NCBI GenBank assembly: GCA_044869275.1
Contig: JBIOXB010000238.1
Location: 1-11,901, forward strand
Source of the DNA: a bacterium
GTDB lineage: Bacteria > Zhuqueibacterota > Zhuqueibacteria > Zhuqueibacterales > Zhuqueibacteraceae
DNA length: 11,901 bases
Direction of reading: 5' to 3'
How positions within the stretch are numbered: the stretch's first letter is position 1; each line of letters begins with the position of its first letter. Below the pieces are notes generated by a model. It did not search any database. It had not been told where the DNA came from and saw only the letters and a list, made by a program, of their open reading frames with translations. The translations under genes and the position numbers were made by a program. Below are positions 1 through 7,312 of the stretch, piece after piece.

Positions 1-64
1 TCCACCAATCCATCAATCCACCAATCCATCAATCCACCACTCCACCAATCCAATCTTCCTTCAC
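1..64. repeat. 8-nt tandem repeat (TCCAYCAA)n downstream of coxD; probably truncated by the window edge
   Basis: Units at 1,9,17,25,33,41,49,57: tccaccaa tccatcaa tccaccaa tccatcaa tccaccac tccaccaa tccaatct tccttcac. The last unit contains the coxD stop (tca 61-63). Confidence 0.9.
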
Positions 65-960
65 CCCATGGCTTTGAGCTTGTTGATGATTCCGGCCGCC
101 TCGCTGCCTCGCACTTTCATAATGTCATCCTGATATTTGAGCAGCGTTCCCAGCGTCTGATCGACCAGGTCGGGGCTCAGCTCCGATTCTGCGAGTGCCA
201 TCAATGCTGAAGACCAATCCAATGTCTCGGCGACGCCGGGAAGTTTGTAAAGATCGATCGTGCGCAGCTCTTGCACGAAGGCCACGATCTCGCGCACCAA
301 TTTTTGCGGAATGTCAGGAACTTTGGCGGTGACGATTTGATGCTCTTTCTCAGCGGAGGGATAATCAATCCAAAAGTACAAACAGCGGCGTTTTAGCGCA
401 TCATGGATTTCGCGCGTGCGGTTGGAAGTAATAATCACCACGGGAGGCACTTTGGCCGCAATCGTGCCGATTTCGGGAATGGTGATTTGAAAATCGGAGA
501 GCAATTCCAGAAGAAAGGCTTCGAACTCTTCATCGGCGCGGTCCAGCTCGTCGATGAGCAGCACCGGCGCGCCGCTGCCCTGGCTGTCGAGGGCCTGCAG
601 CAGCGGGCGGCGAATCAAAAACTCCGGGCCGAAAATTTCGTGCAGAATATGCTTCTCGTCGCGATGGCCGGCGGCTTCAAGCAAGCGAATGTGCAGCATC
701 TGCCGGGCATAATTCCATTCATACACGGCGTTGTGCACGTCCAGGCCCTCATAGCATTGCAGCCGAATCAGCGGAGTGGCCAGCATGCTGGCCAGCACCT
801 TCGCCACCTCGGTTTTGCCGACGCCGGCTTCCCCTTCCAGAAAGATCGGCCGGTTCATCTTCAAACATAAAAAGATGGTCGTTGCCAGGCTGCGCTCGGC
901 GATATAGTTTTGCCGTTGAAGCGCTTGGTGGATGTCGTCGATGGAATTAAAGTCCGGCAT
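61..960 (-). CDS. coxD: MoxR-family AAA+ ATPase, CoxD-like CODH maturation chaperone
   Basis: 299 aa with Walker A GEAGVGKT, RLQCYEGLD, Walker B LLIDELDRAD, sensor TSNRTRE and DALKRRC. Lies in a form I cox cluster. Confidence 0.9.
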   Translation of the reverse strand: MPDFNSIDDIHQALQRQNYIAERSLATTIFLCLKMNRPIFLEGEAGVGKTEVAKVLASMLATPLIRLQCYEGLDVHNAVYEWNYARQMLHIRLLEAAGHRDEKHILHEIFGPEFLIRRPLLQALDSQGSGAPVLLIDELDRADEEFEAFLLELLSDFQITIPEIGTIAAKVPPVVIITSNRTREIHDALKRRCLYFWIDYPSAEKEHQIVTAKVPDIPQKLVREIVAFVQELRTIDLYKLPGVAETLDWSSALMALAESELSPDLVDQTLGTLLKYQDDIMKVRGSEAAGIINKLKAMG

Positions 961-1019
961 GCCGTCGAAGTGACTTTCTTTTGTATGTCGTAAGATTCAT
1001 CTCAGCTTTGCCGCCATCA

Positions 1020-1463
1020 TCATTCGGCTTCCATTTTTTCTTTCACACAGTCGAAAAACTTTCCCGCCAGTTTTTGCGTCACTCCGCCAATCAGGCGGTT
1101 GCCCACGGAAGCAAGCATCCCGCCAATGTTCACGTCGGCCGTCCAATCTAAATTGGTCGTGCTGGCATCGACGGCGCTCAGTTTCATCTCGCTTTCGCCG
1201 TCGACCACGCTGCCCGAAGCGCTGCCGTGCATTTTCATACGGGCGCGGTTGGGGGCCTCCAGCTCCAGCCACTCGACATTCATGGTGAAAGTGGCGGTAA
1301 AGGAGCCAACAGCAAACCCGACTTCGGCATTGAAATGAGAGGGATCGATCACTTCCAGCGACTTTAGCCCGGGCACACATTTGCTCACTTGGACGGGATC
1401 AATGAGCAATTGCCAAGCTTGGCCTTGCGGGAGATTGAGGGTTTGTTTGCCTGCGAAGTGCAT
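1020..1463 (-). CDS. coxG: CoxG (SRPBCC/START-fold) CODH accessory protein, with no C-terminal membrane anchor
   Basis: 147 aa with the typical CoxG pattern W..L.DP....C.PG at the N-terminus and GG.LAS.G.RLI......LA..FF at the C-terminus. RBS AAGGAG lies just upstream of the ATG. Confidence 0.88.
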   Translation of the reverse strand: MHFAGKQTLNLPQGQAWQLLIDPVQVSKCVPGLKSLEVIDPSHFNAEVGFAVGSFTATFTMNVEWLELEAPNRARMKMHGSASGSVVDGESEMKLSAVDASTTNLDWTADVNIGGMLASVGNRLIGGVTQKLAGKFFDCVKEKMEAE

Positions 1464-1476
1464 CAGGACTCCTTGG

Positions 1477-1568
1477 GTCAGACGTGAAACGTGAGACGTA
1501 AAATGTAAGCAATGAACTATTACGACTTACCACTTACGTTTCACATCTCACGTCTGACGTCTCACGAC
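1477..1568. repeat. Inverted array of 7-nt repeats (hairpin) between xdhC and coxG
   Basis: Left arm 1478-1509 (tcagacg tgaaacg tgagacg taaaatg taag) is the approximate reverse complement of right arm 1526-1557. Right-hand units are ttacgac ttaccac ttacgtt tcacatc tcacgtc tgacgtc tcacgac (1520-1568), overlapping the xdhC stop. Confidence 0.88.
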
Positions 1569-2546
1569 TTCCGGCTCCCGATCAAACTTCTGTTTGCATC
1601 CGGCGCAACAGAAGTAATAAGTCTCGTCGTGATATAAAGAAGTGTAGCGCGCGGTGGCGATTTCGACCATCATGCCGCAAATCGGATCTCGAGCCTGGCC
1701 TTTCATCTCGAGGATGGGAATGGGCTGCGGCGAATTCACGGTCAGAACCGGCAACGGGGCGGGTCGAGGCCGGCGCCGTGTTTGCACCATCTCGGCGAGG
1801 ATGCTGACAGCGATCTCCTCCGGCGTTTGCGCTCCAATATCCAGGCCGGCGGGAAATTTGATGCGACGCAATTTCTCGGCGGGGACGCCGAGCTCGCGCA
1901 AATAATCCATCGCCGCCTGGCCGCGCTTTTTACTGGCGACCAATGCAAGGTACGGCGCATCCGCCGTGAGCATCTGCTCCAATGCGCGCTCATCATATTT
2001 GCCGTGCGTGGCAATGACGATGTGTGTTTGCGGCGTGAGGTTGAGCTGGTTCAGATCAAGCTCGGTCAGAATCGCATCGGCGTCCGGAAATCGCTCGCGG
2101 GTTGCGGCGGCGTCAATGACCGTCACCGAAAAATTCAGCGCCCGCCCCAGCCGCACCAGAGCCTCCACCACCGGCGATTCACCAATCACTATCAGTTGCG
2201 GCTGCGGCAGAACTGGTTCGATGTAGATTTCCAAAGTTCCTCCGCTGTGACAGGTCATCAAAAACTCCAAAATCCCCTCTGTGGTTCTCATCTCGTCCGA
2301 CACCGAAGGGCCAATGCGCAAGAAACGCGGCTTGCCCTCGTTCAGCGCCTTCAAAGCTTCTTGCCGGACAATCGGCTCGGCGCAAGCGCCGCCAATCCAA
2401 CCGCGCAGCGTGCCATTCGCCGTGATGATCGCTTTGGCGCCCGGCTTGGCCGAAGTGGGCTTTTCGCAGCGCACCACCGTCGCCAGAGCGAAAGGCTCGG
2501 CGGCGTGATGCAGTGAATGAATTTGATCCCAGAGGTTTTCAGACAT
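1548..2546 (-). CDS. XdhC/CoxF-family molybdoenzyme maturation factor with a C-terminal YHS (TRASH) metal-binding domain
   Basis: N-terminal XdhC/CoxI domain ([34 protein letters not shown]). Rossmann-like XdhC_C domain ([26 protein letters not shown]). Pro-rich linker, then YHS motif DPICGM...Y...[11 protein letters not shown]. Confidence 0.88.
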   Translation of the reverse strand: MSENLWDQIHSLHHAAEPFALATVVRCEKPTSAKPGAKAIITANGTLRGWIGGACAEPIVRQEALKALNEGKPRFLRIGPSVSDEMRTTEGILEFLMTCHSGGTLEIYIEPVLPQPQLIVIGESPVVEALVRLGRALNFSVTVIDAAATRERFPDADAILTELDLNQLNLTPQTHIVIATHGKYDERALEQMLTADAPYLALVASKKRGQAAMDYLRELGVPAEKLRRIKFPAGLDIGAQTPEEIAVSILAEMVQTRRRPRPAPLPVLTVNSPQPIPILEMKGQARDPICGMMVEIATARYTSLYHDETYYFCCAGCKQKFDREPEVVRRQT

Positions 2547-2562
2547 AAGACAATCTCGGGTT

Positions 2563-2593
2563 TTACAATTTACGAATTACGACTTACAATTCA
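2563..2593. repeat. Four 7-nt tandem repeats (TTACRAH) abutting the coxL stop
   Basis: ttacaat ttacgaa ttacgac ttacaat (2563-2590), followed in register by tca, the coxL stop (2591-2593). Same unit family as 1520-1540. Confidence 0.8.
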
Positions 2594-4933
2594 CTCCGCC
2601 GCGCCTTTCTCCTGCAAAATCTCCCACAGCTTCCACGGCGTGATTGGAATGTCGATATGCCGCACGCCAAGGTGCCACAAAGCATCGACAACGGCGTTGA
2701 CGATGGCGGCCGGCGCGCCCACGGTGGCGGACTCGCCCACGCCTTTGGCGCCGAGCGGATGATGCGGTGAGGGCGTGCAGGTTTCTCCCAATTCCCACTT
2801 GGGTGTTTCCACGGCGGTGGGCAGCAAATAGTCCATGAAGCTGCCGCCCTGTATATTGCCCTGCTCATCATAGTTGATAACTTCGTACATCGCCGGTGCC
2901 AGTCCCATGGTCAAACCGCCGTGAATTTGGCCGTCAACAATCATGGGATTGATGCGATTGCCGCAGTCATCGACGGCGACGAAGCGCCGGATTTTGACTT
3001 CACCCGTGCCGCGGTCAATGTCGACGGCGCAAATATAGGAGCCAAAGGGGAAAGTGAGATTAGGCGGATCGTAATAGGAAACCGCCTCGAGGCCGGCCTC
3101 CATGCCCTGCGGATGATTGGTGTAAGCGGCAAACGCAATGTCCTGAATCGTCTTGGCTTTGGCCGGCGAGCCTTTCACGTAGAACTTGCCGCGCTCCCAA
3201 ACCAAATCTTCTTCAGCAGCCTCCAACAAATGTGCCGCGATCTTCTTGGCTTTGTCGCGAATCTTGCGCGCCGCCATCGCGCCAGCGGCTCCAGCCACAG
3301 GCGTGCTGCGACTCGCGTAAGTGCCCAAGCCATACGGCGCGGTGTCAGTGTCGCCCTCCTCGATTTGAATGTCCTCGGCAGGTATGCCCAATTCCTCCGC
3401 AACAAGCTGCGCATACGTGGTTTCGTGTCCCTGTCCTTGCGATTTCGTGCCAAAGCGGGCAATGGCTTTGCCGGTTGGATGCACGCGAATCTCTGCGCTA
3501 TCGAACATTTTAAGACCGAGAATATCAAAGTCCTTTGATGGCCCGGCGCCGACGATTTCGGTGAAGCTCGAAATGCCGATGCCCATCAACTCACCGCGAC
3601 TGCGCTTTTCTGCTTGCTCTTTGCGCAGGGCCTCGTAGCCGATCATATCCATGGCTTTGCGCAACGCCGCGCCGTAATTGCCGCTATCGTACTCCCAACC
3701 GAGCGCCGACTTATATGGAAACTGCTCAGGCTTGACGAAGTTCTTCATGCGCCACTCGGCGGGATCAACACCAACAGTGTGCGCCAAGATGTCGGCCATG
3801 CGCTCAATGGCATGCACCGCCTCGGTTACGCGGAAAGAACAACGATACGCAATGCCGCCCGGCGGCTTATTGGTGTAAACGCCGTCCACTTCGACAAAAG
3901 CATTCTTGAAATCATACGAGCCGGTGCAAACATGAAACAGGCCGGCGGGGAATTTGGAAGGATTGGCTGCTGCATCGGTGTAGCCGTGATCGGCGATCGT
4001 TTTGATGCGCAGAGCCTGCACGGTGCCATCTTTTTTGGCCGCGACCTCGGCGCTAATGTGATAATCGCGCGCAAAGGAATCGGCCTGAATGTTTTCCATG
4101 CGATCCTCGATCCATTTCACGGGCTTGCCGGTTAGAAAGGAAGCCGCAACGGCGAGAACGTAGCCGGGGTAGACCGGCACCTTGCCGCCGAAGCCACCAC
4201 CGATATCGGGTGAGACCACGCGGATTTTGTGCTCGGCCAAGCCCAGGTGCCCAGCGACCAGGGCCACGACCGTGCGAATGGCATGAGGCGCTTGTGTGGT
4301 CATGTACAGCGTCAGTTTTTGATTGATGGGGTCCCAGCTCGCCACGCAGCCGCAGGTCTCGATGGAGCAAACGTGGATGCGGGGAATGTACATGTCCTGC
4401 TGCACCTTGACCTCGGCCTGCTGGAAAGCCTGATCCGTCGCCGCCTTATTGCCCACTTCCCAGTGCCAGATATGATTGCTGTCTTTATCATCGCGGACTT
4501 TGGTGGCTCCCGGTTCCAGTGCCTTGAACGGATTCACCACTACCGGCAGCGGCTCGTAATCAACCGCGACAGCCGCCATGCCATCGGCCGCAAGGTAACG
4601 TTCCGTCGCCAGAACCGCGGCGACTTCCTGCGCCTGGTATTTCACCGTGTCAATCGGCAGCACCATTTGCTTGTCGCTCATCAGCGTGGGCATCCAGGCC
4701 AGATTGTACTTTTCCAGATCTTTGCCGGTGATGACCGCGAGCACGCCGGGGATTTTCAAAGCCTTTTCGGGATTGATGCTCTTGATGCGCGCATGTGCGT
4801 ACGGGCTGCGGACGATGTCGAGATAAAGCATGTCGGGCAGTTTGATGTCGTCGATGTAATTGCCTTTGCCCTGCAGAAAGCGCGGGTCTTCTTTGCGCTT
4901 GAGGGAATGACCCATTCCGTGTATTTCGGCCAT
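2591..4933 (-). CDS. coxL: Aerobic carbon-monoxide dehydrogenase large subunit, form I (Mo-Cu)
   Basis: Xanthine-oxidase-family molybdoprotein ([29 protein letters not shown]) with the form I signature AYRCSFR at 3830-3850. Start placed at ATG 4933 (MAEIHG, 780 aa), which has GGAG 9 nt upstream. The ORF-track extension to 4993 runs into a tandem repeat. Confidence 0.95.
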   Translation of the reverse strand: MAEIHGMGHSLKRKEDPRFLQGKGNYIDDIKLPDMLYLDIVRSPYAHARIKSINPEKALKIPGVLAVITGKDLEKYNLAWMPTLMSDKQMVLPIDTVKYQAQEVAAVLATERYLAADGMAAVAVDYEPLPVVVNPFKALEPGATKVRDDKDSNHIWHWEVGNKAATDQAFQQAEVKVQQDMYIPRIHVCSIETCGCVASWDPINQKLTLYMTTQAPHAIRTVVALVAGHLGLAEHKIRVVSPDIGGGFGGKVPVYPGYVLAVAASFLTGKPVKWIEDRMENIQADSFARDYHISAEVAAKKDGTVQALRIKTIADHGYTDAAANPSKFPAGLFHVCTGSYDFKNAFVEVDGVYTNKPPGGIAYRCSFRVTEAVHAIERMADILAHTVGVDPAEWRMKNFVKPEQFPYKSALGWEYDSGNYGAALRKAMDMIGYEALRKEQAEKRSRGELMGIGISSFTEIVGAGPSKDFDILGLKMFDSAEIRVHPTGKAIARFGTKSQGQGHETTYAQLVAEELGIPAEDIQIEEGDTDTAPYGLGTYASRSTPVAGAAGAMAARKIRDKAKKIAAHLLEAAEEDLVWERGKFYVKGSPAKAKTIQDIAFAAYTNHPQGMEAGLEAVSYYDPPNLTFPFGSYICAVDIDRGTGEVKIRRFVAVDDCGNRINPMIVDGQIHGGLTMGLAPAMYEVINYDEQGNIQGGSFMDYLLPTAVETPKWELGETCTPSPHHPLGAKGVGESATVGAPAAIVNAVVDALWHLGVRHIDIPITPWKLWEILQEKGAAE

Positions 4934-4965
4934 GATCATGGTCTCCATATTAAACTTGAGAAAAA

Positions 4966-5035
4966 TTATCAATTCACAATTGACAATTCTCAATTGACAA
5001 TTGTGAATTGCGAATGGCCAATTGTCAATTTACAA
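4966..5035. repeat. Ten 7-nt repeats (TTNNNAA family) forming a quasi-palindrome upstream of coxL
   Basis: ttatcaa ttcacaa ttgacaa ttctcaa ttgacaa | ttgtgaa ttgcgaa tggccaa ttgtcaa tttacaa. ttcacaa/ttgtgaa and ttgacaa/ttgtcaa are reverse complements. Confidence 0.88.
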
Positions 5036-5060
5036 TGAATGAGATTCAGCACCACCCCTC

Positions 5061-5136
5061 TGTCATTCCGCAGGAATCTTTTTTAATCGCAAGCACACTA
5101 CTCGTGAATAAAAAGATCCCGCTCAGCGGGATGAGA
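5061..5136. repeat. REP/RPE-like nested palindromic element (GTCATTCCG..GGAATC ... GATCCCGC..GCGGGATGA)
   Basis: Outer arms tcattccg (5063-5070) and cgggatga (5127-5134). Inner arms atcttttt.. (from 5076) and ..aaaaagat (to 5117). Small hairpins attcc-gca-ggaat and atcccgc-tca-gcgggat. Confidence 0.6.
5107..5132 (-). terminator. Intrinsic-terminator-like hairpin between coxS and coxL
   Basis: The minus strand reads ATCCCGC-TGA-GCGGGAT-CTTTTTATT, a perfect 7-bp stem followed by a U-rich tract, about 20 nt after the coxS stop. Confidence 0.4.
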
Positions 5137-5152
5137 TGTAATGGAAGTAAGC

Positions 5153-5626
5153 TCACTGAACCCGCATTTTTTCCGCCGCATATTGCACGGCCTTCACGAT
5201 ATTGACATAGCCCGTGCAACGGCAAAGATTGCCGGAAATCGCCCAGCGGATGTCATCTTCGCTGGGACTGGGGTTTTTCTCGAGCAGAGCACGGGCCGTC
5301 AACATCATCCCGGGCGTGCAAAAGCCGCATTGCAAGCCATGCTTTTCCCAAAAGCCTTCTTGCACCGGATGCAACTTGCCGTTTTGTGCCAGGCCCTCAA
5401 CGGTCATGATCTCAGCGCCATCGGCCTGCACCGCCAGAACGGTGCACGATTTCACCGGCTTGCCGTTGAGCAACACCGTGCAGGCGCCGCAGTTGGTGGT
5501 ATCGCAGCCAATGTGCGTGCCGGTAAGTCCCAACGTTTCACGGACGAAATGCACGAGTAACAGACGCGGCTCAACGGCCGCCTCGCGCATGGTGCCGTTG
5601 ACTCTGACTTTTATAGGTAAACTCAT
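5153..5626 (-). CDS. coxS: CO dehydrogenase small subunit, 2x[2Fe-2S]
   Basis: 157 aa with Cys motifs [13 protein letters not shown] and [22 protein letters not shown] upstream. Sits between coxM and coxL. Confidence 0.95.
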   Translation of the reverse strand: MSLPIKVRVNGTMREAAVEPRLLLVHFVRETLGLTGTHIGCDTTNCGACTVLLNGKPVKSCTVLAVQADGAEIMTVEGLAQNGKLHPVQEGFWEKHGLQCGFCTPGMMLTARALLEKNPSPSEDDIRWAISGNLCRCTGYVNIVKAVQYAAEKMRVQ

Positions 5627-5733
5627 GGGGGTCTCCGTGAAGGATGCGTGAAAATAAAACGTAAGAGTAACGCGTAATAAAACAAACGAACCACCGGAGT
5701 TGTGGATCTTTGCAGCAACGGCTTGAGAGTTTT

Positions 5734-5791
5734 CCCATCACCGTCACCCCGTCCCCTTGTCTCCCCGTCCCCCCATCACCCACTCACCCCC
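5734..5791. repeat. 8-nt C-rich tandem repeat (consensus CCRTCMCC) overlapping the coxM stop; G-quadruplex-compatible on the transcribed strand
   Basis: ccgtcacc ccgtcccc ttgtctcc ccgtcccc ccatcacc cactcacc (5741-5788). The stop tca (5784-5786) occupies the consensus TCA position. Confidence 0.85.
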
Positions 5792-6653
5792 GCGCCCTCT
5801 CCACCGCCTTCTTGAGCGCCCGATAAGTCAGCACGCGCACCATCGCGCGTTTGTACTCTTCCGAGCCGCGTAAATCTGAAGCTGGCTCTGCGGCCGCAGC
5901 CGCAAGCTCGCCGGCTTGTTGCAGCGCCGCGTCATCCGCTTTTTTGCCCAGCAGGAAGGTCTCGGCCTGTTTGGCTTTGATCGCCGTCAGCCCAACGTTG
6001 GTGAGGCCAATGCCGGCTCCCGTGATGTTGCCTTTATTGTCCAGCGTTACTTGCGCCGCCGCACCGGCAATGGCGAAGTCGCCCACTTTGCGTTCGAGTT
6101 TCATGTAAGCGCCGCCGCTGCGGGGTTTGAGAATGGGCACGCGAATTTCGGTGAGGATTTCGTCAGGTTGCAACGCCGTTTGAAACGCATCGATGAAAAA
6201 GGAAGCAATTGGAATCATGCGCGTGCCGTTTGGGCCGGTGGCGACCACTTCCGCGCCCAAGGCGAGCATGGTGGCGGGATGATCGTTGGCAGGATCGCCG
6301 TGCGCAAGGTTGCCGCCGACCGTTGCCATATTCCGCACCAAGGGATCTGCGATGACCCTCGCGGTGTCGGCGAGCAGCGGATATTTTGTTTTGATCAAAT
6401 CGGATTCCTCCAGCGCCGATTCGCGCGTGAGCGCGCCGAGGCATAAATAGCCGCCGGCTTCTTTGATATAATCGATACCGGAAATACGGTTGATGTCGAT
6501 GAGTATCTCCGGCGAGGCCAGCCGCAGTTTCATCGCCGGCAGCAGGCTATGCCCGCCCGCCAGCAATTTCGCGTGGCCACTATGACGTTGCAGTAATGTG
6601 ATCGCTTCGGGAATAGTTTTGGGTGCAACGTAATTGAAGCTTGCAGGGATCAT
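5784..6653 (-). CDS. coxM: CO dehydrogenase medium subunit (FAD flavoprotein)
   Basis: 289 aa starting MIP..F.Y..P, with FAD motifs AGGHSL.P.MKLR and RNMATVGGN, PANDHPA, K.ERKVGD and D.RG..EYKR. RBS AAGGAGG. Confidence 0.95.
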   Translation of the reverse strand: MIPASFNYVAPKTIPEAITLLQRHSGHAKLLAGGHSLLPAMKLRLASPEILIDINRISGIDYIKEAGGYLCLGALTRESALEESDLIKTKYPLLADTARVIADPLVRNMATVGGNLAHGDPANDHPATMLALGAEVVATGPNGTRMIPIASFFIDAFQTALQPDEILTEIRVPILKPRSGGAYMKLERKVGDFAIAGAAAQVTLDNKGNITGAGIGLTNVGLTAIKAKQAETFLLGKKADDAALQQAGELAAAAAEPASDLRGSEEYKRAMVRVLTYRALKKAVERARG

Positions 6654-6713
6654 GCGCTCCTCCTTGAGTCTTTTACCAGTTCGATGCTACAGAAAGTGCA
6701 AAGGTTTTTGAAC

Positions 6714-6737
6714 CACGAAGACACCAAGTCACTAAGA
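6714..6737. repeat. Three-unit CACNAAGN mini tandem repeat
   Basis: cacgaaga caccaagt cactaaga (6714-6737). Confidence 0.45.
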
Positions 6738-6798
6738 AAGTACATTCGCAGGGTATTTCTCGCGTCGTTCCGGCCAATTTTTGAAGCGCTTACAATAC

Positions 6799-7023
6799 TT
6801 ACAAAAAGTTCAACAATTGAGATCGATGATCGAGAAGGGAGAAGCGCGCGGAGCATGGGCTGGAGAGGGAGCCGGCTTTGGCTTTGATCGGGCTGTCGTG
6901 CTGGTCCTTGCTGACCGGTTTGATTCCCTCATAGCCGCGTGAGATTTCGGTGTTGGGATTGAGCAACAGATTCCAGATTTGCGGCGGTCTACCAGGTGGG
7001 GAAACGATGCCCTCAAGCTTCAT
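6799..7023 (-). pseudogene. Truncated, degenerate CoxG/SRPBCC-like remnant upstream of coxM
   Basis: 74 aa, MKLEG.....RPPQIWNLLLNP......GYEGIKPVSKDQHDSPIKAKAGSLS.P.SARFSLLD. It follows the CoxG N-terminal pattern and is roughly colinear with the first half of the intact coxG in this window. RBS AAGGA upstream. It stops at about half length. Confidence 0.6.
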
Positions 7024-7099
7024 GGCAGTTTTCCTTTGACAAGGACTGCGTCAAGAACGGTTCGCGCGAATCAGGCAGAGATAAATCTTGCTCGATGAA

Positions 7100-7127
7100 A
7101 GCATAATCGAATTACAGAAAAAGTCAA
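7100..7127 (-). promoter_or_regulatory. Candidate sigma70-type promoter for the cox operon
   Basis: Minus strand TTGACT (7127-7122), 16-nt spacer, TATGCT (7105-7100), in AT-rich DNA about 75 nt upstream of the coxG-like remnant. Confidence 0.45.
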
Positions 7128-7187
7128 GGCGAATTTTTTAAACAGAGGGTATCGCGGTCAAAAAAATTGGGATCTTGCGCGACGTCG

Positions 7188-7312
7188 ATGAAGTTCGAGG
7201 ATCGAAGATGGAGGATCGAAGTTCGAGGGTCGAAGATTGAGGATCGATCAAAATGTTCGATCTTCTATCTTCGATCTTCGATCATCAATCTGCAACCCTC
7301 GCTCCTCAATCG
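7188..7312. repeat. Long inverted array of 7-nt repeats (TCGARGA left arm, TCGATCT right arm)
   Basis: Left arm atgaagt tcgagga tcgaaga tggagga tcgaagt tcgaggg tcgaaga ttgagga tcga (7188-7247). Loop 7248-7256. Right arm tcgatct tctatct tcgatct tcgatca tcaatct gcaaccc tcgctcc tcaatcg (7257-7312). The last unit begins with the amine oxidase stop. Confidence 0.92.

Noticed and set aside
2591..4933. Form II CODH or xanthine dehydrogenase assignment
   Set aside because: The active-site loop is AYRCSFR and the gene order is M-S-L, both diagnostic of form I.
4934..4993. N-terminal extension of coxL (MRIVNCELII…)
   Set aside because: It begins inside the heptamer repeat. The RBS and family N-terminus support ATG 4933.
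5636..5690. Possible degenerate CGTRA repeat upstream of coxS
   Set aside because: Spacing is irregular and there are too few matching units to call, although it may be an eroded arm of the 1478-1509 family.
1..7312. Repeat arrays as CRISPR
   Set aside because: Units are 7-8 nt and contiguous, with no unique spacers and no cas genes.
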